DNA of 64,000 nucleotides from Patescibacteria group bacterium (lineage in GTDB: Bacteria; Patescibacteriota; JACPGU01): assembly GCA_022703645.1 (NCBI GenBank), contig JAKLDG010000001.1, positions 163,274 to 227,273 on the forward strand, read 5' to 3'. The notes beneath the pieces are model-generated. The model was not told where the DNA came from. It ran no database searches and was given only the letters and a program-made list of their open reading frames with translations. Shown piece by piece: positions 28,090 through 37,850 of this stretch. A program made the position numbers and the translations under genes. Position 1 is the first letter of the stretch, and each line of letters opens with the position of its first letter.

Positions 28090-28453
28090 TACTGAATTAC
28101 CTCCTTCATGGGGTTTGATTGAAGGTTTAGTGCGCCGGAGCGCTCTATAACCATTTGACACGGTATTTATATAGACCCTTCTTCAGGGGTGCGCTAAGTT
28201 GAACAGAGAAATATTTGTTTTTATTTGTTTCTCTGTTATTAAGTTACAATAAGCGAAACAAGAGGAGTTTTTATGCCTCTATAATTATAATCCGCTTAGT
28301 TAACTCAAATTTAGCATAAAAACAGGATGTAGTCAAGGGTTTGTTGGCGAAATAAGCCAAATTTGGTAAATAAGAAAAAACAGCTTTAAAAATATAGATA
28401 AATATTAAAAAATATTATGTTAAAATATTAAAGAAATATTATTAATATAATAG

Positions 28454-28837
28454 ATGCAAGAAAAGAACTATGTTGCATTGAAAGATCTTATAATTTATCG
28501 TTTGTCGATAGACCTTTGTAATTATTGCTGGGATATTTACATTAGTTTTGACTGGGATACAAAGAAGATAGAAGGGCATCAATTTATCAGGTCAATAGAC
28601 TCAATTGGTGCTAATATCGCCGAAGGATATGGTAGATTCCATTTTCTAGATAGGATAAAATTCTATTATAACGCCAGAGGATCGTTACTCGAGTCAAAAC
28701 ATTGGGTTTTGTTACTAAAAAATAGAAATAAAATTAGTGTAGATGATTTTGATATTCTTATCAGCAAACTAAATAAATTAAATTATCAGTTAAACTTATA
28801 CATTGCTTCTTGTCACGAAACCAGAGACAATATTTAA
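28454..28837 (+). CDS. four-helix-bundle protein (23S rRNA intervening-sequence protein family)
   Basis: FIRSIDSIGANIAEGYGR ... ARGSLLESKHWV signature. Confidence 0.8.
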   Translation: MQEKNYVALKDLIIYRLSIDLCNYCWDIYISFDWDTKKIEGHQFIRSIDSIGANIAEGYGRFHFLDRIKFYYNARGSLLESKHWVLLLKNRNKISVDDFDILISKLNKLNYQLNLYIASCHETRDNI

Positions 28838-28940
28838 TATTTTATAATATTTTGAAATATTTTATTAATATTATCAACAAACTCTTTAATTTTTCGCGAC
28901 TTTCTGTTAAAATTTAACTATTAGAAATAACTAACCGTTT

Positions 28941-30716
28941 ATGACTTCTTCCGAGATTCGAAACAAATTCCTCCAGTTCTTCAAAGAGCGCGGTCACGCT
29001 ATTATCCCGTCTGCTTCAGTTATTCCTGAAAATGATCCGACGGTTTTATTCACAACTGCTGGAATGCATCCTCTCGTACCTTATCTGATGGGTGAGACTC
29101 ATCCTGAGGGCAAGCACTTGGTTAACGTTCAGAAATGTGTCAGAACTGACGATATTGTAGAAGTCGGTGACATAGCTCACAATACTTTTTTTGAAATGTT
29201 GGGTTACTGGTCATTGGGGGACTATTTCAAGAGAGAATCAATCCATTACACATTTGATTTTTATACGCAGGTTTTAGGTTTTGATAAAGACAAGGTTTCT
29301 GTTTCAGTCTTCAAGGGCGATGAAGATTCGCCTTTTGATGAAGAATCTTACAATGTCTGGAAAGATGAAATAGGTATACCGGCTGAGCGGATTCACCGCT
29401 ATGGGAAAAAAGAAAATTGGTGGGGTCCTGCTGGAGAAACAGGTCCTTGCGGTCCGGATACGGAAATGTTTATTGATACGGGAAAAGAAAAATGCCATGA
29501 AAACTGCGGCCCAAGCTGTGATTGCGGTAAATTTGTCGAGATCGGCAATAATGTTTTTATGCAGTACAATAAAACGAAAGAAGGCAAGTTTGTCGAATTG
29601 AAACAAAAAAATGTTGATGTCGGGCTTGGTTTGGAAAGATTGGCGATGTTTGTTCAGGGTAAAAATTCTGTTTACGAAACAGATCTTTTTGCGCCTATTA
29701 TCGCAAGAATTGAGGAATTGAGCACAACCAAGTATCAAGACGACAAAAAATCTTTCCGAGTTATCGCGGATCATATTCGCGCAGCAACCTTTATTCTGGG
29801 AGACCAAAACCCTGTTGTTCCCTCCAATACGCTTCAAGGTTATGTATTAAGACGCTTGATCCGCAGAGCTGTGCAATATGGCAGAAAAATTGGCGCGATT
29901 GAAGGAATGAGTGAGAGATTAGCCGAATTGGTTATAGAAATGTATGGAAGCGTGTATCCGGAATTAGAAGAGAATAAAGGCAGGATTTTGGATGAATTAA
30001 ATAAAGAAGAAGTAAAATTCGGAAAAACTTTGGAAAACGGTCTAAAAGAATTTAATCGGATTGTGGAGTCAAACGGGGGCTTAACGATAGAAGGTAAGGA
30101 TGCATTTCTCCTTTTCCAATCATATGGTTTTCCTTTAGAAATGACAGTAGAACTTGCAAACGAAAGAGAGATCAAGGTTGATTTGGAAGGTTTCAAAAAA
30201 GAATTTGAAAAACATCAAGAACTTTCGCGCACAGCTTCTGCTGGAATGTTCAAAGGCGGATTGGCTGATACGGGAGAGGAAACCACCAGGCTTCATACCG
30301 CCGCGCACTTATTGCTCGCATCGCTTCGTCAAATTCTTGGCGAAGAGCATGGACAGATAAACCAAAAAGGCAGCAATATTACTGCCGAAAGATTGAGATT
30401 TGATTTTAATTATCCAACCAAATTAACCGAAGAGCAGATAAAAAAAATTGAAGATAAAGTTAATGAAAAGATTGCGGAAGCGATACCGGTAGAGATGATG
30501 GAGCTGGATTATAATGAAGCGAAAAATATGGGGGCTGCCGGAGTTTTCGAAAACAAATACGGCAACCGAGTGAAGGTTTATAAGATCGATGATTTTTCCT
30601 TCGAAATCTGCGGGGGTCCTCACGTTGCCAATACCAGCGAGCTTGGACATTTTAAAATAGTGAAAGAAGAAAGCAGCAGTTCGGGAATACGACGGATTAA
30701 AGCGGTGGTGGAATAG
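28941..30716 (+). CDS. alaS: alanine--tRNA ligase, short form lacking the C-terminal C-Ala domain
   Basis: N-terminal class II catalytic motifs (DPTVLFTTAGM, CVRTDD, HNTFFEMLGYWSLGDYF), editing-domain HTAAHLL and CGGPHV; only 591 aa. Confidence 0.85.
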   Translation: MTSSEIRNKFLQFFKERGHAIIPSASVIPENDPTVLFTTAGMHPLVPYLMGETHPEGKHLVNVQKCVRTDDIVEVGDIAHNTFFEMLGYWSLGDYFKRESIHYTFDFYTQVLGFDKDKVSVSVFKGDEDSPFDEESYNVWKDEIGIPAERIHRYGKKENWWGPAGETGPCGPDTEMFIDTGKEKCHENCGPSCDCGKFVEIGNNVFMQYNKTKEGKFVELKQKNVDVGLGLERLAMFVQGKNSVYETDLFAPIIARIEELSTTKYQDDKKSFRVIADHIRAATFILGDQNPVVPSNTLQGYVLRRLIRRAVQYGRKIGAIEGMSERLAELVIEMYGSVYPELEENKGRILDELNKEEVKFGKTLENGLKEFNRIVESNGGLTIEGKDAFLLFQSYGFPLEMTVELANEREIKVDLEGFKKEFEKHQELSRTASAGMFKGGLADTGEETTRLHTAAHLLLASLRQILGEEHGQINQKGSNITAERLRFDFNYPTKLTEEQIKKIEDKVNEKIAEAIPVEMMELDYNEAKNMGAAGVFENKYGNRVKVYKIDDFSFEICGGPHVANTSELGHFKIVKEESSSSGIRRIKAVVE

Positions 30717-30788
30717 AAAAAACAGAATATAAATAAAATATTAAAAAAATATTTTCTTAATATTTTGAAATATTTTTAACTTAAGCAC

Positions 30789-31082
30789 ATGGACGAAAAC
30801 AAATTACCAGACAATATAGTACCATTTCCAATTCGCGACAAAACAGCTTTATTTCAACGAGTCAAAGCTGAAATTGCGATTATCAATGCTGATATCGCGG
30901 ATAGAAAGTTGCGGCTGAAAGATGAGGAAGATAGTTTGGCTTATGAAAAAGAAAAAAATCCAGACTATAACTTTTCCGGGCTTGAACCTCGGATTGAAAT
31001 GCAAAAAGAACAAATCGCAGCTTTGGAAAAAAAGCTAGCAGAAAAAATAGCTGAAAAAGAAGAACTTATGAATAAGGATTAA
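30789..31082 (+). CDS. hypothetical coiled-coil protein
   Basis: ORF with a heptad-like Lys/Glu-rich C-terminus; no recognisable motif. Confidence 0.35.
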   Translation: MDENKLPDNIVPFPIRDKTALFQRVKAEIAIINADIADRKLRLKDEEDSLAYEKEKNPDYNFSGLEPRIEMQKEQIAALEKKLAEKIAEKEELMNKD

Positions 31083-31213
31083 GAGAAATTAAAGAAGAAA
31101 TTGTTGAAATTAAAAATTTCTTAATTTCCTAATTTCTTTATTAAAATACACCCTTTAAATTTTATTACATTGAAGTTATAATAAAAGCACAACAAGAATA
31201 ATAAAAATTTCGA

Positions 31214-32479
31214 ATGTCATTCCTTGACCGTCTTTTTGGTTACAATGAGCTTGCTAATTATGCCATCGCGCTCGATGTTGGTACAGAGTTTGTGAAAGCT
31301 TTGGTTTTCAAAGTAGAAAATGGCAAGGCTACCGTGATTGGAGTAGGTCGCGAACGTCAGGCTCTCAAAGATATGCAAGGAGGCGCTGTTACTGATATTT
31401 CCGGAGTAATCAATAATTGTTCCAAAGCTCTGGATGCCGCCTGCACTATGGCAGGGGTTAATCCGGATAAAGTGATCATGGGTATTGCGGGAGAGTTGGT
31501 AAAAGGCAATACGACGAGCATAGTTTATGAACGCAAAAATGCAGCGAAGAAAATTGATGCCAAAGAGCTCAAAGATATAATGAAAAAAGTTCAAGAAAAA
31601 GCTTTTGGACAAATTCACAACCAAATTTCTTGGGAAACCGGGAAGGATAATATAGATATCAGATTGGTAAACGCAGCGATTGTTGATGTTCGTATAGACA
31701 GACATAGCGTTAGTAATCCGGTTGGTTTTACCGGTAAAACAATCCGCGTTGGAGTCTATAATGCTTTTGCGCCGATGATTTATCTTGGAGCGCTCGAAAC
31801 GGTTGCGGATAATATTGGCTTAAACCTCATTGGTATAGCGGCAGAACCTTATGCGGTGGCGAAATCTACAGGCACTGCAGCCGGACACGATTTCTCCGCG
31901 ATATTTATAGACGTCGGAGGTGGAACCAGCGATATTGCAGTGGTGCGCGCCGGCGGACTGGAGGGAACAAAAGTATTTGCAATTGGCGGCAGGGCTTTTA
32001 CAAAAAGAATTGCCAGAGAATTTGGAATTCCTTTTGAAAAGGCGGAAGAACTGAAAATCGCTTACAGCCATGGTAAATTAACTGAAATGGACGAGGAAAG
32101 AAAAGAAGAAAAGATTGCTAAAATTATGGAGGATGATATTAAAATTTGGATGGCGGGGGTTACGATGATCCTCAAGGAATATGGAGATATGGAGCTGCTT
32201 CCAAGTAAAATTCTTCTTTGTGGAGGCGGTTCGCTTCTTCCCGAAGTAAAACATGCTTTGGAAGGAAGCGATTGGTGGGCGGATCTGGCATTTTCCAAAA
32301 AGCCAAAAGTTGAATTCATGCGTCCCAAGGATCTGGATAACGTGATCGATCAAACCGGAAAGTTGAAAGATCCTTCAGACATTACCGCGATGGCGCTGGC
32401 AAATCTGGCGATAGATATGATGACTACAGGAGGAGGAGAGATGAACGAAATGTTGAAGAAGGCAGGGGACAAGAAATAA
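31214..32479 (+). CDS. ftsA: cell division protein FtsA-like actin-family ATPase
   Basis: phosphate-1 IALDVGTEFVKALV; adenosine motif FIDVGGGTSDIAVVRAGG...KVFAIGGRAFTKRIAREFGIPFEKAEELK closely parallels E. coli FtsA. Confidence 0.65.
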   Translation: MSFLDRLFGYNELANYAIALDVGTEFVKALVFKVENGKATVIGVGRERQALKDMQGGAVTDISGVINNCSKALDAACTMAGVNPDKVIMGIAGELVKGNTTSIVYERKNAAKKIDAKELKDIMKKVQEKAFGQIHNQISWETGKDNIDIRLVNAAIVDVRIDRHSVSNPVGFTGKTIRVGVYNAFAPMIYLGALETVADNIGLNLIGIAAEPYAVAKSTGTAAGHDFSAIFIDVGGGTSDIAVVRAGGLEGTKVFAIGGRAFTKRIAREFGIPFEKAEELKIAYSHGKLTEMDEERKEEKIAKIMEDDIKIWMAGVTMILKEYGDMELLPSKILLCGGGSLLPEVKHALEGSDWWADLAFSKKPKVEFMRPKDLDNVIDQTGKLKDPSDITAMALANLAIDMMTTGGGEMNEMLKKAGDKK

Positions 32480-32633
32480 TTTGAGCTTTTTTACAACGTA
32501 ATATTTTTCTAATATTTCAAAGCATTTAATAATTTAATAAATATTACGGAATATTAAAAGAATACTATGGTAGATATGATTTTTTAATTTAATATTTTAT
32601 TAATATTTTTATCAATATATAATAAACATAGAT

Positions 32634-34334
32634 ATGAACAAAGTCCTGTATCTTGAGCCGGATGAGGAGATAATCTCCGTTGTTGATCGGCTGAAGAGCG
32701 CCCGTGACAATAAAATAGCGTTAGTTGTACCTGCTGGAGCAGTGATTTTATCCAGCGCTATTAATTTACGTCTGCTTTATGAAGAATCTCATAAAATTGG
32801 TAAAAATGTTTCAATAGTTACCACAGATACCACGGGAGGAAATATTGCCAGCAAAGTTGGTTTTACTGTCTATGAAACACTTGGAGATGCCAGAGAGATG
32901 AAAGTCCGTGATATCGAAGAACAAGAAAGAGAATCGCCAGTGAAAAGAAGAAAAGTGCGTCATAAAGAGCTGGAAAAAATAGAAGCCGAAGAGGAAGGAG
33001 AGCTCGAAAGCGAAACACTAGGCTATACTGACATTGATGATGAGGAGGAAGAAGAATTTTTTGAACAAAAAGTAGCGCAGGATTCCGTTCCCGTCTATGA
33101 AGAAAAAAAGAAAGTAGATTCAAGGCTTAACTTTTATTCAAAAGGCATAAAAAATAATCCAAAATTCAAGCCATTATTAAATCCAAAAATAATTGTGGCA
33201 GGTATCGCAGTGATAATGGTATCTTTATTTCTGATGGTTTTTGTTTTTCCAAAAGCAACAGTATATCTTAATGTTTATTCTAGCGAACAAGAAGTTGCAG
33301 TAAGTTTCAATGTTTCTGCCGCTAAAACATCTGTAGAAATGGTAAATGGTAAAACTACTCTTCCTGGTAAATTGGAGACGGTAGAAAGAGATGTCTCTGT
33401 TTCAGCTGACGCTACCGGTCAGAAGAATATCGGGAATAAAGCCAAAGGTTCAGCAACAGTCTATAACCGTTCTGGAAAAGCTGTTGTGATCGCGAAGGGG
33501 ACAGAATTTTTGACATCAGATAATAAGCGTTATGTTTTAACGGATCAGATTATAATTCCGGGCGCGCAAGTTTCTGATTATGGTCAGCTGATACCAGGTG
33601 TGATCAATGCCAATCTGGAAGCCTCTGAAGGCGGGGTAGTATACAATATTAAAAGCGCTAAATTTTATATCCCGGCCTATGCTGATACTGTAGGAAATCT
33701 TGTTTACGCTCAGAGCGATTCTGGTTTTTCCGGAGGCGATGACAAAATGGCAAAAGTCGCAAGCAAAGAAGATATTGAGGGTGTGAAGAAAAAAGCTCAA
33801 GAGGAAGCAGCGAAACAGATCGATACCGAACTCGGCATGAAAGGTGAAAGAGTTTTTGTAAAAGGATTGTCCAAAACAGAAGTTGTAAGTGAAAATATTG
33901 ACAAAAAAGAGAATGATGAAGCGGAAAAAATTACTGATACCGTGAAATTAAAATTCACCTTTCTAACTTTTAGTAAAGCTGATTTTGACAAGGTATTTTC
34001 CGATATTGTGAAATTGGGGGTAGGAGACCAAAAACAGTTAATTGGTCAAGGTTATCGCGAAGTGAAATGGGAAGTTGCGAAATTTGATGATAAGAAAAAC
34101 GAAGCGGAAGTTACTGGCAAGGCGATAATTTTAAATTCAACCAAGATTAATGAGGACTTTTTGAAATCAAAGATTATTACGCTTAATATTCAGGAATTAC
34201 GCACTGTATTATCACAATATTCCGAAGTTGAGCTTGACCATGTTAGTTTCTTCCCTCCATTGATTTTGAGTTCTATTCCAAGCAATGAGAGGAATGTCAG
34301 GATAGTGATCAATTATGTTGAAAAAAGTAAGTAG
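32634..34334 (+). CDS. hypothetical membrane protein (acidic linker, single TM, large extracytoplasmic beta-rich region); possibly division-associated given the ftsA neighbour
   Basis: ORF; TM segment IIVAGIAVIMVSLFLMVFVF; no recognisable catalytic motif. Confidence 0.4.
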   Translation: MNKVLYLEPDEEIISVVDRLKSARDNKIALVVPAGAVILSSAINLRLLYEESHKIGKNVSIVTTDTTGGNIASKVGFTVYETLGDAREMKVRDIEEQERESPVKRRKVRHKELEKIEAEEEGELESETLGYTDIDDEEEEEFFEQKVAQDSVPVYEEKKKVDSRLNFYSKGIKNNPKFKPLLNPKIIVAGIAVIMVSLFLMVFVFPKATVYLNVYSSEQEVAVSFNVSAAKTSVEMVNGKTTLPGKLETVERDVSVSADATGQKNIGNKAKGSATVYNRSGKAVVIAKGTEFLTSDNKRYVLTDQIIIPGAQVSDYGQLIPGVINANLEASEGGVVYNIKSAKFYIPAYADTVGNLVYAQSDSGFSGGDDKMAKVASKEDIEGVKKKAQEEAAKQIDTELGMKGERVFVKGLSKTEVVSENIDKKENDEAEKITDTVKLKFTFLTFSKADFDKVFSDIVKLGVGDQKQLIGQGYREVKWEVAKFDDKKNEAEVTGKAIILNSTKINEDFLKSKIITLNIQELRTVLSQYSEVELDHVSFFPPLILSSIPSNERNVRIVINYVEKSK

Positions 34335-34485
34335 GTGGCTTGCAAATTTGTGTGATTAAAATGTATTCTCTCAAATATCTAATATCTAAATAATAATTTC
34401 TAATAAAAAGAATAAAAAGATAAATGACGGTACATTAGAAATTTGACATTTTATTAGACATTATAATTTATAATTTAGAAATTTT

Positions 34486-34905
34486 ATGCGATTATTGGGT
34501 ATTGACTATGGTACAAAAAGAATCGGAATCGCTATCAGCGATGATCTTGGCATGCTCGCGCATGAGTATGGGGTTTTGATCGATCAAAGTGATGAAAACG
34601 TCATTGAGGCTTTGCGCCAGATCATACTTCTCGAAGGAATTGAGAGAATTGTTTTGGGGTTGCCGCTGCATATGAGCGGTGAAGAAGGAGAAAAAACGCA
34701 GGAAGCGAGAGATTTTGGCGCGATGATTGAAAACTGTCTCGATATCGAGGTAGTTTTTGAAGACGAAAGATGGACAACAAAACTGGTTGATAAAACTCTA
34801 CGGGAGATGAAAATCAGCCAGAAGCAAGCCAGAGATAGGAAAGATATGCTAGCAGCGAAATATATACTTCAATCTTTTATGGATAGAGAGCGGAATACGG
34901 AATAA
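34486..34905 (+). CDS. ruvX: Holliday junction resolvase-like protein RuvX/YqgF
   Basis: MRLLGIDYGTKRIGIAISD N-terminal signature. Confidence 0.85.
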   Translation: MRLLGIDYGTKRIGIAISDDLGMLAHEYGVLIDQSDENVIEALRQIILLEGIERIVLGLPLHMSGEEGEKTQEARDFGAMIENCLDIEVVFEDERWTTKLVDKTLREMKISQKQARDRKDMLAAKYILQSFMDRERNTE

Positions 34906-34909
34906 AAAA

Positions 34910-34995
34910 TTTTCAATGGATCAATTATCCAAATTCAAGAATTGCAGAATTGTATCATTGATTGAAAATTGAGAACTGAAAATTGAAAATTTCTT
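34910..34995. repeat. AT-rich palindromic spacer element (caatt/aattg family)
   Basis: ttttcaatggatcaattatcc ... attgattgaaaattgagaactgaaaattgaaaatt. Confidence 0.6.
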
Positions 34996-35863
34996 AAAAT
35001 GTTGTTCCCATATCTATATGCTCGGCGTACTCTTTATCGCCATGTTTGCCATCATCCGGGTCTTTTATTGCGCGATCGCGGTATTCTATTACCAGTCTGT
35101 CTTTTTCTTCCAGAGGCAGATCCTTATTTTTGATATCCGGTCCGCCGACGCATCCGCCGACACAATTCAAAACGTCTATAAATCGATACGGAGAAATTCC
35201 CGCTTTCATCTCGTCAAAGATTTTAAGATAATTCGGAATTCCATCGACGATGCAGATTTCTTCCGGTTTAAAAAAATTTCTTACATGCGCAGTTTTTGCC
35301 AATCCTCCAGAAATAGGGTAAACCTTGGTATACTCTGTGATAAACGAATCGAAAGCATAATCACCATCCGGATAGCTGTCTTTTTTAATCCCCTTCTCTT
35401 CGAGCATCTCGCTTAATTCTTTAAAGGTGATTACAATATCAACTAATCCTGGAAAGCGCGGAGCTTCCAGCGCTCTTTTTGCCTGACAAGGAGAGACAAA
35501 AACCATTTTATAGTCAGGATGACGATCCCTGCAAATATTTATCATAGCATGCATCGGGGAAACAACCGGTATCAGATACTGTCTTAACTCAGGATATTTT
35601 TTCTCAATCACATTCACAATCATTGGACAGGGAGAAGCGATATAATATTTTTGATTTGGGTTTTCCTCAATGTACTTTTTGTACCAATAATTGACCATTC
35701 TGGCGCCAAATGTTAGCTCAGCAACTTTTTCAAATCCGAGTTCTTTTAACATTCCGACTATCTGCGGATGCGGAAAATCAATTGGAAAAGCGGGAGCCAG
35801 CAGCGCGTAAACCTTGGATTCAGAATTTAGCAGTTCTAAAAGTTTGTTTTGGTGTTCGTTCAT
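34994..35863 (-). CDS. [FeFe]-hydrogenase large-subunit C-terminal (H-cluster) domain-only protein (Nar1/HydS-like)
   Basis: KVYALLAPAFPIDF...GFEKVAELTFGA at the start of the H-domain; L1-like ASPCPMIV, L2-like VSPCQAKRALE, L3-like VLNCVGGCVGGP; the four [4Fe-4S]-ligating Cys are present but the proton-relay Cys of TSCCP is missing. Confidence 0.6.
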   Translation of the reverse strand: MNEHQNKLLELLNSESKVYALLAPAFPIDFPHPQIVGMLKELGFEKVAELTFGARMVNYWYKKYIEENPNQKYYIASPCPMIVNVIEKKYPELRQYLIPVVSPMHAMINICRDRHPDYKMVFVSPCQAKRALEAPRFPGLVDIVITFKELSEMLEEKGIKKDSYPDGDYAFDSFITEYTKVYPISGGLAKTAHVRNFFKPEEICIVDGIPNYLKIFDEMKAGISPYRFIDVLNCVGGCVGGPDIKNKDLPLEEKDRLVIEYRDRAIKDPDDGKHGDKEYAEHIDMGTTF

Positions 35864-35879
35864 TTTTTTAAATTTTATT

Positions 35880-36000
35880 AATTATTTTAATTCTCAATTC
35901 TCAATTAACAATTCTCAATAAATTTTCAATGAATCAATTACCAATAATTGCAAAATTGTGTCATTGATTGAAAATTGAAAAATGGAAATTGAAAATTATA
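35880..36000. repeat. AT-rich palindromic spacer element (caatt/aattg family)
   Basis: ttctcaattctcaattaacaattctcaataaattttcaatgaatcaatt ... aattgtgtcattgattgaaaattgaaaaatggaaattgaaaatt. Confidence 0.6.
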
Positions 36001-36100
36001 ATTCCATTATACACAAAATCATTTTAAAAAGAATATTTTTATGCTAAAATATGATCAGTTCGGACATTAAAAGTAGGAATAAAAAAAAGGGGGTTTTGGA

Positions 36101-36325
36101 GTGGCAAAAAAAGATGATACTTATCGCTGTTTGTCATTGAATGTTGCTGTGATTTTACGAAAAAACCCGGAATTGAGCGCGCAACAAGTTTTAAACCAGT
36201 TAAAAAAACGAGGCAAGAAAACAGAATTGAAAGATGTTAGAGCTCTCTGGAAAAGTTGGCACACAAAACCGCACAATGGCAGGAGAATTATCGAGTACCG
36301 GACAGGTAAGAAAGGCTCCAAATAG
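36101..36325 (+). CDS. hypothetical small basic protein
   Basis: ORF followed by a strong terminator. Confidence 0.3.
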   Translation: MAKKDDTYRCLSLNVAVILRKNPELSAQQVLNQLKKRGKKTELKDVRALWKSWHTKPHNGRRIIEYRTGKKGSK

Positions 36326-36346
36326 TTTTATTTTACTGTGATTCTC

Positions 36347-36371
36347 ACCCTCCCGAAAGGGGAGGGTTTTT
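36347..36371 (+). terminator. rho-independent terminator (accctccc-gaaag-gggagggt plus T-run)
   Basis: 8-bp GC stem plus TTTTT. Confidence 0.75.
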
Positions 36372-36411
36372 ATTTTTTGCCTAATAATTATTTTATGTTA
36401 TAATCGTCTTT

Positions 36412-37425
36412 ATGAAAACAAAAATTATTTTAATTGTTGTTATTATTTTGGCCATAAGTATATATGGTTATACTATATATAGTAAGAACGCGCTGGAGAA
36501 AGCCATTTCTATGCCAAATTCTGCTACGAAGACCTCGGTTACTTTTGAAATCAAACCCGGGGAAAGCATGAGCGCGGTCGCATCCAACCTTAAAAAGGCG
36601 ACTCTAATGGTCAATAACGATCCTTTTATTAAATATGCCAAGAAAAATGAATTAGATAAAAAAATTAAAGCGGGTGTTTATACTCTCAATACCGCGATGA
36701 GTCCAAAAGAGATACTCGAAGTTTTTGTTTCCGGTTCAAGATCTGAGGTGTGGATTACTATTCCGGAAGGCTGGCGAATTGATCAGATTGCTTCTTACCT
36801 TGAAAAACAAGGTCTTTTCAAAGCCAAAGAATTTGAAGACGAAGCTTATGTGAAAAATTTTAGTTCAACGCCGTTTTTAGCCGGATTGCCGGGTAAAACC
36901 ACGCTTGAAGGATACCTTTTTCCTGACACTTACAAAGTTTTTTCAGATGCGAAGCCCGCGGATGTTATTCAGGTTATGCTAGACAATTTTGGTAAAAAAG
37001 TAACCAAGGATATGATGGATTCTGCCAACAAACAAGGCTTTTCGCTTCATCAGTTTATTACTCTAACCTCAATAATCGAGAAAGAATCAGCTCATAGCGA
37101 AGATATTCGTAAAATTTCTTCTGTCTATCATAACAGATTGGCGCAAGATATGCCTTTTCAATCAGATGCGACAATCACTTACATCACGCGCCGTGCCGAT
37201 GCCAGACCATCTATCGATGAGACAAAAATCGATTCTCCATATAATACCTATTTAAACAAAGGGCTCCCTCCCGGACCTGTTGGTAACCCCGGTGTAGCTG
37301 CCATGGAAGCAACTCTCAACCCAGAAAAAACAGATTATCTTTTCTTTGTTTCACAAGGCAATCGCGCTTATTTTGCCAAAACCTATGAAGAACATTTGGA
37401 GAACATTGCGAAATACTTAGATTAG
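36412..37425 (+). CDS. mltG: endolytic murein transglycosylase MltG (YceG-like)
   Basis: N-terminal TM, YTLNTAMSPKEIL, LFPDTYK, LTSIIEKES, QSDATITY conserved blocks. Confidence 0.85.
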   Translation: MKTKIILIVVIILAISIYGYTIYSKNALEKAISMPNSATKTSVTFEIKPGESMSAVASNLKKATLMVNNDPFIKYAKKNELDKKIKAGVYTLNTAMSPKEILEVFVSGSRSEVWITIPEGWRIDQIASYLEKQGLFKAKEFEDEAYVKNFSSTPFLAGLPGKTTLEGYLFPDTYKVFSDAKPADVIQVMLDNFGKKVTKDMMDSANKQGFSLHQFITLTSIIEKESAHSEDIRKISSVYHNRLAQDMPFQSDATITYITRRADARPSIDETKIDSPYNTYLNKGLPPGPVGNPGVAAMEATLNPEKTDYLFFVSQGNRAYFAKTYEEHLENIAKYLD

Positions 37426-37502
37426 GATAAAATTTTTAATTTTTAATTTTTGAATTTTTAAATAAATTCTAATTTTTAAACAAAAAATAAATGATATATG
37501 AT

Positions 37503-37850
37503 CTAGAAGAAAGAGTTTCCCTATTCGGACAAAAAATAATTGTATTTTGTCGGCTTTTTGAGAAAAATGAGATAACAAGACCATTAATATCATAGTAAGT
37601 CAGATCAGCAACCAGCATAGGCGCAAACTATATGGAGGCTAATCAAGCAAGTTCAAAAAAAGATTTTAAAAATAAGATAAGAATTTGCCAGAAAGAAGCT
37701 AACGAAACAAAGCATTGGTTAAGAATGTTGTCTTACTCAACAGATAGTAATAAATATGGATGTCGGATTCTATGGAAATAGGCACATGAATTGACATTGA
37801 TATTTGCAAAAATTTCAAAAAGTTGTGATTCAGATAATTAATAATTTAGA
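37503..37850 (+). pseudogene. pseudogene of a four-helix-bundle (23S rRNA IVS) protein interrupted by in-frame stops
   Basis: manual translation gives DLEERVSLFGQKIIVFCRLFEKNEITRPLIS**VRSATSIGANYMEANQASSKKDFKNKIRICQKEANETKHWLRMLSYS...LWK*AHELTLIFAKI: family-typical SIGANY.EA...SKKDF.NKI.IC.KEA.ET..WLRM with TAG/TAA stops. Confidence 0.55.

Noticed and set aside
29304-29837. 177-aa minus-strand ORF inside alaS
   Set aside because: It is antisense to highly conserved AlaRS catalytic motifs.
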